From Alphaproteobacteria bacterium (GTDB lineage: Bacteria > Pseudomonadota > Alphaproteobacteria > RF32 > CAG-239), in contig JAGBHO010000016.1 of NCBI GenBank assembly GCA_017935485.1, positions 5,882-69,881 on the forward strand: a DNA stretch of 64,000 nt, written 5' to 3'. The notes under the pieces are model-generated. The model did no database searches. It saw nothing but the letters and a program-made list of their open reading frames with translations, and was not told the origin of the DNA. Numbering within the stretch: the first letter of the stretch is position 1; each line of letters opens with the position of its first letter. Both the position numbers and the translations under genes were made by a program. This document shows positions 39,022 through 48,725 of the stretch, in pieces.

Positions 39022-39939
39022 TTATACAACAATTTGCAAATAAGATTCCGCAGACGATAAAACTGCTGCTGCAATCTCATTACCCGATGATACGCATTCT
39101 TCAATCTCGGAGGCCCCAAGCAAACCACGAATAAAACCCGCGGCAAAAGCATCGCCGGCGCCATTGGCATTAACGATTTTTACATCAGGCTTTGCCGTAA
39201 ATCCCCGCCATTTTTCATTATGCCAAACCGCACAACCGGACGCCCCTTTGGTCATCACGCATAATGGCGGCAACAAACTCTCATCGCACGCCAGCTCGGC
39301 AAACTCCGCTTCATTGCCAAACAAAACATTACATTTCGGCAACATCTCCGACCATAAAGCCCTATTCTCCCGCACACAGGAGACATCGGCCAAAGTCAGA
39401 TAAATACGGCAACTGCGGCAGCAGGCTTCCGCAACAAGTTTTCTGATCAATTGCGGATTCTGGTCAAAAAGATATCCCTCAATAAATATAACACGGCATT
39501 GCCTCAACAAATTAAAATCAACATCTTTTTCCTCAAGCGTCTTTGCCGCCAGCGCTTTGGCGCAGATTGTCTTTTCACCGTCATCATGAATCAAAACCGC
39601 ACAAGAACCGCTGCGCCCACCCGGCACAACGCTCAAAACCGCTTCAACCCCGCAATCCTGCAAAGAATACCGAAAATACTCCCCTTCTCTGTCACATCCG
39701 TTTTTTCCGATAAAAGCGCATTTTGCCCCCAAACGCCCCAAATCACGAAGACTGTTGGCAACCGACCCACCGGCGCCGATGCTGAGTTCGGGAAAATCCG
39801 ACAGGGCATAAAAATCCTCATAACTCAGTCTGGCATAACGCCCTTTGTACGGCAAAACTTTTCGCATAACCGGACTTTCCGGCACAAATCGGATTCTCTT
39901 GTCGGTCATTGCCATACCAATCCCCAAAACATCATACAT
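39022..39939 (-). CDS. PfkB family (adenosine-kinase-like) carbohydrate kinase
   Basis: GAGGSVANS, FIEGY, FGNEAE, TKGASG, NANGAGDAFAAGF. Confidence 0.88.
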   Translation of the reverse strand: MYDVLGIGMAMTDKRIRFVPESPVMRKVLPYKGRYARLSYEDFYALSDFPELSIGAGGSVANSLRDLGRLGAKCAFIGKNGCDREGEYFRYSLQDCGVEAVLSVVPGGRSGSCAVLIHDDGEKTICAKALAAKTLEEKDVDFNLLRQCRVIFIEGYLFDQNPQLIRKLVAEACCRSCRIYLTLADVSCVRENRALWSEMLPKCNVLFGNEAEFAELACDESLLPPLCVMTKGASGCAVWHNEKWRGFTAKPDVKIVNANGAGDAFAAGFIRGLLGASEIEECVSSGNEIAAAVLSSAESYLQIVV

Positions 39940-40675
39940 TAGCGTCTTCCCATTGCAGTATTTTGCAGATAAAGTCACGCGCCTTATCCAGACTCATGCT
40001 TCCGTCCTCACCTTTTAAATGCCCTTCGGCATCCACATAAACAATTGCAGATAAAAGGTTGACGTCATTAATCTTATCAAGTTCGTTCTTAATATTTTCC
40101 GGCCCCAAACCGCCGGCATATCCCTGCAGCCGGTCTTCAAAGACAATTCCTTCGCGGCAAATCGGCATCACGCCTTCACCGAATGAGGAATCAAACAAAT
40201 TGTCAAACATCACGCCGCGCCGGTAGAGCTCCCGAATAATCGCCGCATTATTGGGATTATAAGAAAAAACAAAACGATGCGCGGGATAAGCCGCAACCAT
40301 TGCCGCCACGGTATCAATATCCGGCTCCCTTTCCCGCCCGATTTTAAAATTAAGCTGCAACCGCCTGAAAATCCTGCTGCCGTCAGCATAAGCCAATGCC
40401 ATAAATTCAGAAAGTTCGGGTGCAACCGCGCCGTTACAAAAATCCTCCACCCAGTCTTTATTAATATGCAACGCCAGCTGCACCGGTTTTGCAAGCTTCC
40501 GCGCCTCGGCTGCCACTTGTTTTATCCAATGATATCTGGGCATTCCGTTCCGGCACTTATCCGCCGAAATCTGGATTCCGGCTTCCGCCATCGGAAATTC
40601 GGACAGCAAATCAAGCAAACCGCCGACAGAAGTGTTTTCATTAGCACCGGAACAGGTAATTGTCTTTACGCGCAT
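39932..40675 (-). CDS. TrpF-like (PRAI-like) TIM-barrel protein of unknown function
   Basis: ITCSGAN, LQLNF, FDSSFGEG, GYAGGLGPEN, YVDAEG; lacks the canonical TrpF KICG N-terminus. Confidence 0.6.
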   Translation of the reverse strand: MRVKTITCSGANENTSVGGLLDLLSEFPMAEAGIQISADKCRNGMPRYHWIKQVAAEARKLAKPVQLALHINKDWVEDFCNGAVAPELSEFMALAYADGSRIFRRLQLNFKIGREREPDIDTVAAMVAAYPAHRFVFSYNPNNAAIIRELYRRGVMFDNLFDSSFGEGVMPICREGIVFEDRLQGYAGGLGPENIKNELDKINDVNLLSAIVYVDAEGHLKGEDGSMSLDKARDFICKILQWEDANV

Positions 40676-40743
40676 ATCTTATATCCTTAAAAAAAATTTT
40701 TTCTTTTATGTTATAAGCCGGCTCGGAAAATTGCAAACAACAT

Positions 40744-41769
40744 TTATCCTTTATTATCAAGGATTCTTCTGCCGGCGGCATAAACTTTTTTCATCAGTGT
40801 CGACATTGCAAAATCTTCCATTCTTTCCGGCAAAACAAACTGCCCGCTATACCAGGTTTCTTCCGTTTTCCAGATATAAATTCTCAAAACCAGCTTAAAA
40901 TGCGTAAAAACATGCGAAACTTCAATACCGGTATCCGTGGCGCCGCAGCAAACCTCCGCAGCTTCCTGCCACGGGAATTCATACAATCCGGACAGCAGCC
41001 CTTTTTCCGTCCGCTTACGGATCAAGATTTCTCCTGCCTGATTGCTGATTAAAAAAACCTTGCCGTACTTTTCTTTCTTCTCAGGCTTCTTACGCAAAGG
41101 AATTTTCTCCACGTCACTCTGTCCGGCCGACCGGCAAAATTTCTGCCATGGGCAAATCAGACACTTCGGACTTTTGGGCGTACAAACAATCGCCCCCAAG
41201 TCCATAATCGCCGAAGCATAATCTGCAGGATTGACAACATCGGTCAAAGCTTGCGCTTTCTTCTCAATTTCCTTTTCAATTTCCACCACCGGATCGCTCA
41301 AATGATACATCCGGCAGATAATCCGGATAACATTGCCGTCAACAACCGTCTCCGGCCGATTAAAAGCCAGCGCCAAAAAGCTGGATGCCGTATAATTCCC
41401 GATTCCTTTCAGCTTCAACACCTCGGATCGTATCTGCGGGAAATTTCCGTTAAAATCATGAACAATCATCTTTGCCGCAGCATGCAGCGACCTCGCGCGG
41501 GAATAATATCCCAATCCCTGCCAATAGCAATAAACATCATCCAAAGATGCCGCCGCCAAAGCCTGAATTGTCGGAAATCGTTCCATAAAACGGTAAAAAT
41601 ACGGAATAACGGTCTTAACCGTTGTCTGCTGCAACATCAGCTCGGAAACCAAAATAACATACGGATCAGGATGCGCCCCGCCTTTCACGCGCCACGGCAA
41701 ATCGCGCCCGTTCTGCTCATACCAGCCAAGCAAAAGCCGTCTCAACTCTTTTTCAACTTTGTTTGCCAT
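40744..41769 (-). CDS. mutY: A/G-specific adenine glycosylase
   Basis: RDLPWR, VSELMLQQT, WQGLGYYSRARSL, VDGNV, CTPKSPKCLICP Fe-S cluster, HVFTHF. Confidence 0.95.
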   Translation of the reverse strand: MANKVEKELRRLLLGWYEQNGRDLPWRVKGGAHPDPYVILVSELMLQQTTVKTVIPYFYRFMERFPTIQALAAASLDDVYCYWQGLGYYSRARSLHAAAKMIVHDFNGNFPQIRSEVLKLKGIGNYTASSFLALAFNRPETVVDGNVIRIICRMYHLSDPVVEIEKEIEKKAQALTDVVNPADYASAIMDLGAIVCTPKSPKCLICPWQKFCRSAGQSDVEKIPLRKKPEKKEKYGKVFLISNQAGEILIRKRTEKGLLSGLYEFPWQEAAEVCCGATDTGIEVSHVFTHFKLVLRIYIWKTEETWYSGQFVLPERMEDFAMSTLMKKVYAAGRRILDNKG

Positions 41770-42175
41770 ACACACTCCGTTTCTGCTTTCTTTTTACCCC
41801 GTCGTCGGTAAATGTCAAAACAATTTATCTTTTTGAAAAGATTATTCGGCATTTTAGAAAATACTTACTATATTTTTAAAACCGCCGGCTTTGCACATGA
41901 CGCTCCGACAACTGTAATAATAATCAAACAAATGCGGATTTTCTTAATATTTTTACTTTCAGTCTGGTTCAAAATGGATAAATTCTCCTTCCGCAAAGTC
42001 ATCGCCCTCGTCCTTGGCATTATTTCAGTCACAGGCATTTGCTTCAGTTAAAATATCCGCAAAAAAATCATACAAAAAAAATTGATTTTATAAAAAAAGA
42101 CATTATAATAAACGGAAAATTTAATTATTATTTCATTGAGATTTACAAAATATTATTAACTAAATCAATCAGGTT

Positions 42176-42373
42176 ATGGAAACAACTGTAAAAAAAGTAA
42201 CTTCAAAGGCTGCAAACGGGTATTTCGGCATCATTGCCCAAGACAACACAGGCGGAATGATACATTTTTGCTGCAAAAACAATGCAATGCCTAAAGCAGG
42301 AGATAAATTACACATTTTCTATCTCCGCGGACACCTCAGTTCTGTTGAATTTAACGGCCAAAGAATCCGTTAA
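42176..42373 (+). CDS. small hypothetical protein
   Basis: 65-aa ORF with an AT-rich leader, followed by the AAAATTTGTCCTT...AAGGACAAATTTT terminator. Confidence 0.55.
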   Translation: METTVKKVTSKAANGYFGIIAQDNTGGMIHFCCKNNAMPKAGDKLHIFYLRGHLSSVEFNGQRIR

Positions 42374-42544
42374 GCTCCTGACCTCTTACAAAAATTTGTC
42401 CTTAACTTTTAAGGACAAATTTTTTTATGCTTCACCGGCAACACAGCCTGCACTGACAAACGCAACCGCAGCGCGCCCTACATCTTTGACGGCATAGTCT
42501 TTCACAAGTTCAGCTTATCTGAGCTGAACGCCGTGTCCGGGCAT

Positions 42545-42576
42545 AAAAAAAAATCTCTCCGAAGAGAGATTTTTTT
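42545..42576 (-). terminator. displaced native terminator of tRNA-Leu
   Basis: AAAAAAAATCTCTC-CGAA-GAGAGATTTTTT directly abutting the left att core. Confidence 0.75.
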
Positions 42577-42723
42577 GGTGCACCAAAGTTGATGAATTGT
42601 TGAACTCGATTGTTGATGAAACAAGAAAAATAAATGAATGGCAATAATTAAAATATAATAACTTGCGGAGAATAATCATCATATTCTCCGCAAATTTTGC
42701 GTAGTTTATATTTGTGCTCTATA

Positions 42724-43122
42724 TTAATTGTGTGTATCTTTTTTTTCTTGTGCTTCAAGAGCCTCTCTTAAATTAGTAGCTTCCCTTAAATATTCCATAT
42801 ATTCATCACAAACATAGCTTAGTGTTTCTAGAAATGACGTTGGCTTATAAACAAGATTATCTCTCAATTCCAAAAACAGATAATATTCTGATTTTATCTT
42901 CACCGTCATTTCAGAAAATTCATTATCTCGTGAACGGACTAAAATATCTGTATAAAAAGGACCATAACCATCATCATCAACAAAAAAACGAGCCATTCTA
43001 TTACAATCATCCCATAATTCCAATAATTCATCACCTATTAAAGAGGTTGGAGCATTATTAATTTTATCAACCATATCGTTTATTTTTGCTTCAAATTCTT
43101 CTTGAGTTTTAATTTCAGACAT
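42724..43122 (-). CDS. acidic hypothetical protein
   Basis: AGGAG RBS, 132 aa; hairpin TTGCGGAGAATA...TATTCTCCGCAA downstream. Confidence 0.7.
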   Translation of the reverse strand: MSEIKTQEEFEAKINDMVDKINNAPTSLIGDELLELWDDCNRMARFFVDDDGYGPFYTDILVRSRDNEFSEMTVKIKSEYYLFLELRDNLVYKPTSFLETLSYVCDEYMEYLREATNLREALEAQEKKDTHN

Positions 43123-43323
43123 ATTTTTTCTCCTAATAAATAGTGTTATTTTATGTTTTGTATATTACATTATTTTAAGAGTATTTGCAAAAATAAAATC
43201 AAAAAAAATGATGCTTTTTTATAAAAATTTGTAATTTTTTTACGAATTTTAAATAAAAGTATTGATTTTTTTGCTTTTTATTTCTATATTTTGATTACAA
43301 ACAACAACTGCCGGAGCAAAAAA

Positions 43324-44604
43324 ATGGCTAAAGTAAATTTATTAAGAGTTAAATTTGCAAATATCTTGTCGTTTAAAGATGAACAGGAAATATTTTTTAC
43401 AGCGGAATCTAAATATAGCAATACCCCGACATCTTATATTAGAAGAGTTAATGCTATTGGAGATGATTTGATTACTCCTGTTACTGCATTTTATGGAGCC
43501 AATGCTTCCGGAAAGAGCAATATTGTTAAAGTGTTTAATGATATTGTCTTGCCTTTGTTAGGAAAAACAGATAGTAAACCATCATTTGAATTTTATAAGC
43601 CATTTTTATTAGATGACGAATCTGCATCAAGACCATCATCTATAGAAATAGACTTCTGTCTTGATGATATTAGATATATTTTATCATTTAGCTTTGATAA
43701 AACAGGAATACTGACAGAAAACTTAACAGAATATCAGAATAAAAATAAAAAAGTCATTTATGATAGAGTTGAAAGCAATATTTACAAACCATACAAAGAA
43801 ATTATATCAAAATTTGATATTAAATATATAGAAGATTCTTTAGGCAAAAGACAGGATTTACTTGTTCTTGATATTTTGGATACAAGAGGAATTTCTTATA
43901 TTCATAATATTTTTGAGGCCTTAAAAGATATTTGTAAGGTTACTTTTATAAATATCTTAGAAACAATGTTTAATATGGATAGCTTGGCAGAAAAGATTTA
44001 TCAGGACAAATCCTTGCATAAGAAAGTTGTTGAGTTAATTAAATATGCAGATTTGGGAATTACAGATATTAAAGTTGAAGAAGAAAAAGATTCATCTGCA
44101 CTACCTTTTACTACCTCTCCAACCGGAAAACATTATAAAATTAACTTTGAACATATTGGGGTAAACAATAAAAAGTATGAATTACCTATTTCTTCAGAAA
44201 GCTGGGGAACTGGGCAGTTTGCAAAATACTTGGTTATGTTTGTTCCAATTTTAGTTGGTGGTGGAATTTATATTATTGATGAGCTTGAAGAAAAGTTACA
44301 TCCGATGATGCTGGCTAAAATTGTTGAGATGTTTAATAACCCCAATATTAATATTGGTGGGGCACAGCTTATTTTTACCACTCATAATACTTCCATCCTT
44401 AAATCAAATATTCTCAAGAGAGATGAAATTTGGTTTGTTGAAAAGAATGAAGAAGGATGCTCTGAGGTTTATCCTCTAACTGAATTTAAGGCTATCAGAG
44501 AAGGCTTTAATTATGAAAAAGGCTATTTAGAGGGCAGATTCGGAGCAATTCCATATTTGGGAGATATTAATGAATTAGCTAATATTTTGGAAGCAAAGGA
44601 ATAG
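43324..44604 (+). CDS. RloA-like / AAA_21 ATPase
   Basis: FYGANASGKSN, ESWGT signature, IIDELEEKLHP, QLIFTTH, RDEIWFVEK, YLEGRFGAIP. Confidence 0.88.
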   Translation: MAKVNLLRVKFANILSFKDEQEIFFTAESKYSNTPTSYIRRVNAIGDDLITPVTAFYGANASGKSNIVKVFNDIVLPLLGKTDSKPSFEFYKPFLLDDESASRPSSIEIDFCLDDIRYILSFSFDKTGILTENLTEYQNKNKKVIYDRVESNIYKPYKEIISKFDIKYIEDSLGKRQDLLVLDILDTRGISYIHNIFEALKDICKVTFINILETMFNMDSLAEKIYQDKSLHKKVVELIKYADLGITDIKVEEEKDSSALPFTTSPTGKHYKINFEHIGVNNKKYELPISSESWGTGQFAKYLVMFVPILVGGGIYIIDELEEKLHPMMLAKIVEMFNNPNINIGGAQLIFTTHNTSILKSNILKRDEIWFVEKNEEGCSEVYPLTEFKAIREGFNYEKGYLEGRFGAIPYLGDINELANILEAKE

Positions 44605-44607
44605 CTA

Positions 44608-45264
44608 ATGGTTAGTTTAGATAGAAAAAATAGGCACAATAGAAAAGAAAGAAGTGCTGCCAAAATGGTTATTTTTACCGAAGGTGATGTAACTGAACCT
44701 CAATATTTAACTGATTGGATTAGAAATTTTGCTGCTAAAAATGGTGTAAATCATATTAAAGCTATGACTAAATTTGAAATTGTGGCTTCAAAATATGAAT
44801 CAGAACCCTTAAAAATTGTTGAAAATTTAATTGAAGCAAAGAATCCAGCAAAAAATTATTTAGATACTTTTTATGCTGTGTTTGATGAAGATGATAGAAG
44901 CATAGGAGGGAAAGATAAAGAGAATTTTGACAAGGCTTTTGAGGAAGCAAAAGACAATAATATCAAAGTTATTTGTTCCAATCGGTCTGTTGAATTATGG
45001 GCTTTGATGCATTTTTCAGATAAAACTCCAACCACAAAAAATGATTTGGAAAAAGAATTAAAAACATATCTTCCTCAATACAATGCAAAAACTAACAAAA
45101 AGTTTGATATAGCTTTGATGCTGGTTGATAATAATGAGGATAAAGCCATAGTAAGAGCTAAAAGGTTGAGAAAAAACAACTCCCAATTAGGTGATTGGAG
45201 AATAAGACCATCTACCAATTTTGATGAATTAATTGAAGCAATGAGAGATTTTGTTAGGAGGTAA
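44608..45264 (+). CDS. RloB-like (TOPRIM-fold) protein
   Basis: IFTEGDVTEPQYL, AVFDED, SNRSVELWALMHF, PSTNF; 3 bp downstream of the ATPase. Confidence 0.85.
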   Translation: MVSLDRKNRHNRKERSAAKMVIFTEGDVTEPQYLTDWIRNFAAKNGVNHIKAMTKFEIVASKYESEPLKIVENLIEAKNPAKNYLDTFYAVFDEDDRSIGGKDKENFDKAFEEAKDNNIKVICSNRSVELWALMHFSDKTPTTKNDLEKELKTYLPQYNAKTNKKFDIALMLVDNNEDKAIVRAKRLRKNNSQLGDWRIRPSTNFDELIEAMRDFVRR

Positions 45265-45285
45265 TAGGCTAACAACAACAGCCAT

Positions 45286-46887
45286 CTATAGCACAAAAGA
45301 AAATTCCTCAACTTTATTTAAAAACTCTGCAACATCATTAGGTGTAAGAATTTGGCAAGTTTTATGATAAGAATAATCTATTTTGTTAGTTTTTTCAAAA
45401 TCGTCGTATTTTCCTTTTTCTTGTTCTTTTAAGGTGGATGTAAATATAATTTGATTTGGAAGAGTATTAAATTTATCTATTACTTCTTTCTCTTTTGGTG
45501 TTGATAATTCACCATCTCTAAAAGCATCCATAACAATAGGAAAATTATGATTTAAAACTTTAGCTAAAGCATATAATTTTGACAAATAAAATTCTGCAGC
45601 TTCGCTGCCGGAATATACTTCGTTTTTAATGGTAAATAGCTGGTCAAATATTAGTTTTCCATCAATATCAATTTCCTTATAGAATTTATTCATCTCAGAT
45701 AATATTTTATTTAAAATCTCTCTTTTTGAGGAACTGTTTCCTTCCTGCTTAAGTTTAGCTGAGGATATAATATTTTTATAATTAGCAATGTTTTTATCGA
45801 TTTCTTCAATTCTTGCATCAACATCACTAACACTTACAAGCTCGGATTTATAAAGCAATAAATTTTCTAAACTTACATCTTCTTCTTGAAGTAAGACATT
45901 TAGTTCACTTTGCTTTTTTTTCAATTCAATATCTAATTTTATAATTTCTTCTTTATTTGTATCAATTCTAGCCTCAATAGATGCTAAAATATTTTTTCTT
46001 ATTTCTGCATCAGATGCATCAAAACTGATATCATTTTTCTTATTAAGATACCCAATATGACTAGAATTACAATCTAAACAAACAACACTACCTTCTGAAA
46101 AACTACGATTTAATGAACCAAGCTCTTCTAATAAACTTTCATTTTTAAGTTTTTTATTATAACATCTATTACGTTCTTTTTTTAATTCAATGATTTCATT
46201 TTTCTTGTTTTCTAGTTGAGAAATTTTTTTCAATAAAGCTTCCCTATCTTGAGTATAGCTGGCAGTTCTTATTGCAGGTATGTCTTTTTTTAAAATCTTA
46301 TTTTGTGTTATTAAAAGCTTTTTTTCTTCATTTAAAATATTTATTTTTTCTTTTAGCTTATCTTGGTCAATTTCTGATGGTTTATAACCACATCCCATAT
46401 ATGAATAAATCATATTTATGAAATCGTCCTTATTACAGTATGAGCTATTAAATATTTTGGAAGTATCTCGACCATCTTGTCCAACAAAAAATAACTGAAT
46501 GAATAAATCTAGTTCAGCTAATTTCTCTTTATTATCTTTAAAAATGATAGGAAGTTTGTATATATTTTTATCAAAAAATCTTTTAAAGTCTGAAACACTA
46601 TCATAAATATTAAAACTTTTACCTCTTTTAACAATAAATGTTTTATCCTTTCTACAAATAGAGAAGTTGTCATCATCAAGCTCTATATCTGCAATAAAAT
46701 AATAATTTTTATATTCAAATCCACTTGGAAAAATAGGTTCGTTACCTAAAACATAATATAATCCTTGAGCAACAATTGTTTTACCTTTATTATTATCATC
46801 ACTGAAAATGATATTTAATTTTGGTTCTAATTGCTTTTCAATATAAGCTTCTTTTTTGTTTCCTATGTATAATTTTTTAAATATCAT
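45286..46887 (-). CDS. SMC/Rad50-like ABC ATPase (Lamassu LmuB-like)
   Basis: SDDNNKGKT Walker A, FVGQD Q-loop, coiled coils with CLDC hook, SGSE signature, PIVMDAFRDGEL, QIIFTST. Confidence 0.75.
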   Translation of the reverse strand: MIFKKLYIGNKKEAYIEKQLEPKLNIIFSDDNNKGKTIVAQGLYYVLGNEPIFPSGFEYKNYYFIADIELDDDNFSICRKDKTFIVKRGKSFNIYDSVSDFKRFFDKNIYKLPIIFKDNKEKLAELDLFIQLFFVGQDGRDTSKIFNSSYCNKDDFINMIYSYMGCGYKPSEIDQDKLKEKINILNEEKKLLITQNKILKKDIPAIRTASYTQDREALLKKISQLENKKNEIIELKKERNRCYNKKLKNESLLEELGSLNRSFSEGSVVCLDCNSSHIGYLNKKNDISFDASDAEIRKNILASIEARIDTNKEEIIKLDIELKKKQSELNVLLQEEDVSLENLLLYKSELVSVSDVDARIEEIDKNIANYKNIISSAKLKQEGNSSSKREILNKILSEMNKFYKEIDIDGKLIFDQLFTIKNEVYSGSEAAEFYLSKLYALAKVLNHNFPIVMDAFRDGELSTPKEKEVIDKFNTLPNQIIFTSTLKEQEKGKYDDFEKTNKIDYSYHKTCQILTPNDVAEFLNKVEEFSFVL

Positions 46888-47918
46888 TCTTCCATCCAAT
46901 CTTTGACAAGAGCAATAAAAAACATTGTTGAGTTAAATGTTAAATGAGGTATTGCTTCAATTTTTTGCCTATCAATTAGGTCAAATATTTCCACTACACT
47001 GAAATTTTTATTATTAATAACTGCAGAATGAATTTCTTCAAACAAAATCCAATATGAAGATGCATTGGCTTTATCAAATAACATTCTAAAAATTTCATTC
47101 TTGCATTCTTCAATTATTTCTTTTCTATCACTTAACTCTCTTCCGTCTAAAACAGGCGAAAAACAATTTGGAGTTCCTTCTGCAATATTACTTCTGTGTA
47201 GAAGTCTGCTTAAAACTAACATTTTTATTTCATTTGATGTCACGTGACGATTATGTTTATCAAACTCTCTCATAATATTTATTGTTATGTTTTCCTTGTT
47301 TTCACATTTTTTTCCCGATTGATGCTTTTTAATTTCATCAAATATTTTATCTAAATATTCATTGTTAATTATAGTAGAAGATTTAATTTTTATTATTGAT
47401 TTAATATAATCTGACTTGTTTTTATTTTCACCTACAAATGTTACTTTTAATAAAAAATCATCTATGCTTTCGTTTGTTATTCTTGTTTCATCAATATATT
47501 TTTTTTCTATGCAAGCCTTTTTCAATCCTTCGATGATTGATTTTTTGGATTCTTCATTAAAATTTTCAATATTAAATGTTTTTATTGTATTATCTTTTAA
47601 TATTGTTGAGGCAAACCCTCCTGTAAATAAAATATAATTTACAAAATTTTTATTAAAATCTGATTGATAATTTTTATAGAGAGTTACTAAATATTCACCA
47701 ATTTGCTTTCCTCTTAAATTTTTACTTGCTTTTGATTGAATATCCCAAGCTCTATCTCCCATTCGATGAATACCAGTTACATCATTAAAAAAATCAATTA
47801 CAAAATAGAATATTTGGTCAGAATCTTTATGAAAATTCATAAGATAAAGTAATGCCTTAGTTTCCCCTTCAGAAGCAGATTGATTCGTTTTTTCTGTTGA
47901 TGTAACCACATATACCAT
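46884..47918 (-). CDS. Cap4-like PD-(D/E)xK nuclease effector (Lamassu LmuA-like)
   Basis: ASEGETKALLYL...DFFNDV...DIQSK; ATGA overlap with the SMC-like gene. Confidence 0.65.
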   Translation of the reverse strand: MVYVVTSTEKTNQSASEGETKALLYLMNFHKDSDQIFYFVIDFFNDVTGIHRMGDRAWDIQSKASKNLRGKQIGEYLVTLYKNYQSDFNKNFVNYILFTGGFASTILKDNTIKTFNIENFNEESKKSIIEGLKKACIEKKYIDETRITNESIDDFLLKVTFVGENKNKSDYIKSIIKIKSSTIINNEYLDKIFDEIKKHQSGKKCENKENITINIMREFDKHNRHVTSNEIKMLVLSRLLHRSNIAEGTPNCFSPVLDGRELSDRKEIIEECKNEIFRMLFDKANASSYWILFEEIHSAVINNKNFSVVEIFDLIDRQKIEAIPHLTFNSTMFFIALVKDWMEE

Positions 47919-48049
47919 TTATATACTCATATTATTTGTAATAACTACAAACGAGATTAAGCATAAAATAAAACAAATACAAGTAGAAAATGTTACTTTG
48001 ATATACTTATATGTTTTATTTCTTATATACTATAACATCAGAGCATACC

Positions 48050-48141
48050 CTATTTTTACATTTACAAAAGTGTAAAATCTAAATTATTTTGCTTGACGAT
48101 TTTACAGCTGTAAAATATATTCTTAAATATAGATTTTACAT
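48050..48141. promoter_or_regulatory. putative res site overlapping the resolvase promoter
   Basis: Repeated TTTACA/TGTAAA half-sites; perfect ATTTTACAGCTGTAAAAT (48099-48116) between TTGACG and TATATT. Confidence 0.7.
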
Positions 48142-48149
48142 CAAGGGGT

Positions 48150-48713
48150 ATGGCAATGATATTTAATTATATACGAGTCTCTTCAATTGAGCAAAGCACA
48201 GAACGACAACTAAAAGATGTCACTTGTGACAGAGTGTATGAAGAAAAAATTAGTGGTAAAGATACCAATCGTCCTCAGTTACAAGCAATGCTGGCAAATA
48301 TTAGAGCAAACGATATCATTAACATACACGAGATGAGTCGCTTGGCTCGTAACACTCGTGATTTATTAAATCTTGTAGAAGAAATAACCTCAAAAGGAGC
48401 TACTATCATTTTTCATAAAGAAAACCTGACTTTTAAGGGAAATGAAAAGCAAGACCCCTATCAAAAAATGATGATGGTTATGTTAGGAGCTGTTGCAGAG
48501 CTTGAAAGGGCTATTCTATTAGAAAGACAAAGAGAGGGTATTGCAATAGCAAAAGCTAAAGGGAAATACAAAGGTGGAAAAAACAAACTAAGTAGTGAGC
48601 AAATCACTGAATTAAATAATATGCATAATCAAGGAATGCCAATTTCTTGGATTGCAAAACAATTTAAAATCACTAGACCTACAGTTTACAGTTATTTGAA
48701 AAAAGATGGTTAA
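48150..48713 (+). CDS. resolvase-type small serine recombinase
   Basis: YIRVSSIEQSTERQ, EKISGKDTNRPQL, SRLARN, ERQREGI, C-terminal HTH. Confidence 0.93.
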   Translation: MAMIFNYIRVSSIEQSTERQLKDVTCDRVYEEKISGKDTNRPQLQAMLANIRANDIINIHEMSRLARNTRDLLNLVEEITSKGATIIFHKENLTFKGNEKQDPYQKMMMVMLGAVAELERAILLERQREGIAIAKAKGKYKGGKNKLSSEQITELNNMHNQGMPISWIAKQFKITRPTVYSYLKKDG

Positions 48714-48725
48714 TGCACTATTTCT

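Noticed and set aside
41812-42051. 79-aa ORF divergent from mutY as dciA/DUF721
   Set aside because: No resemblance to that family and no RBS.
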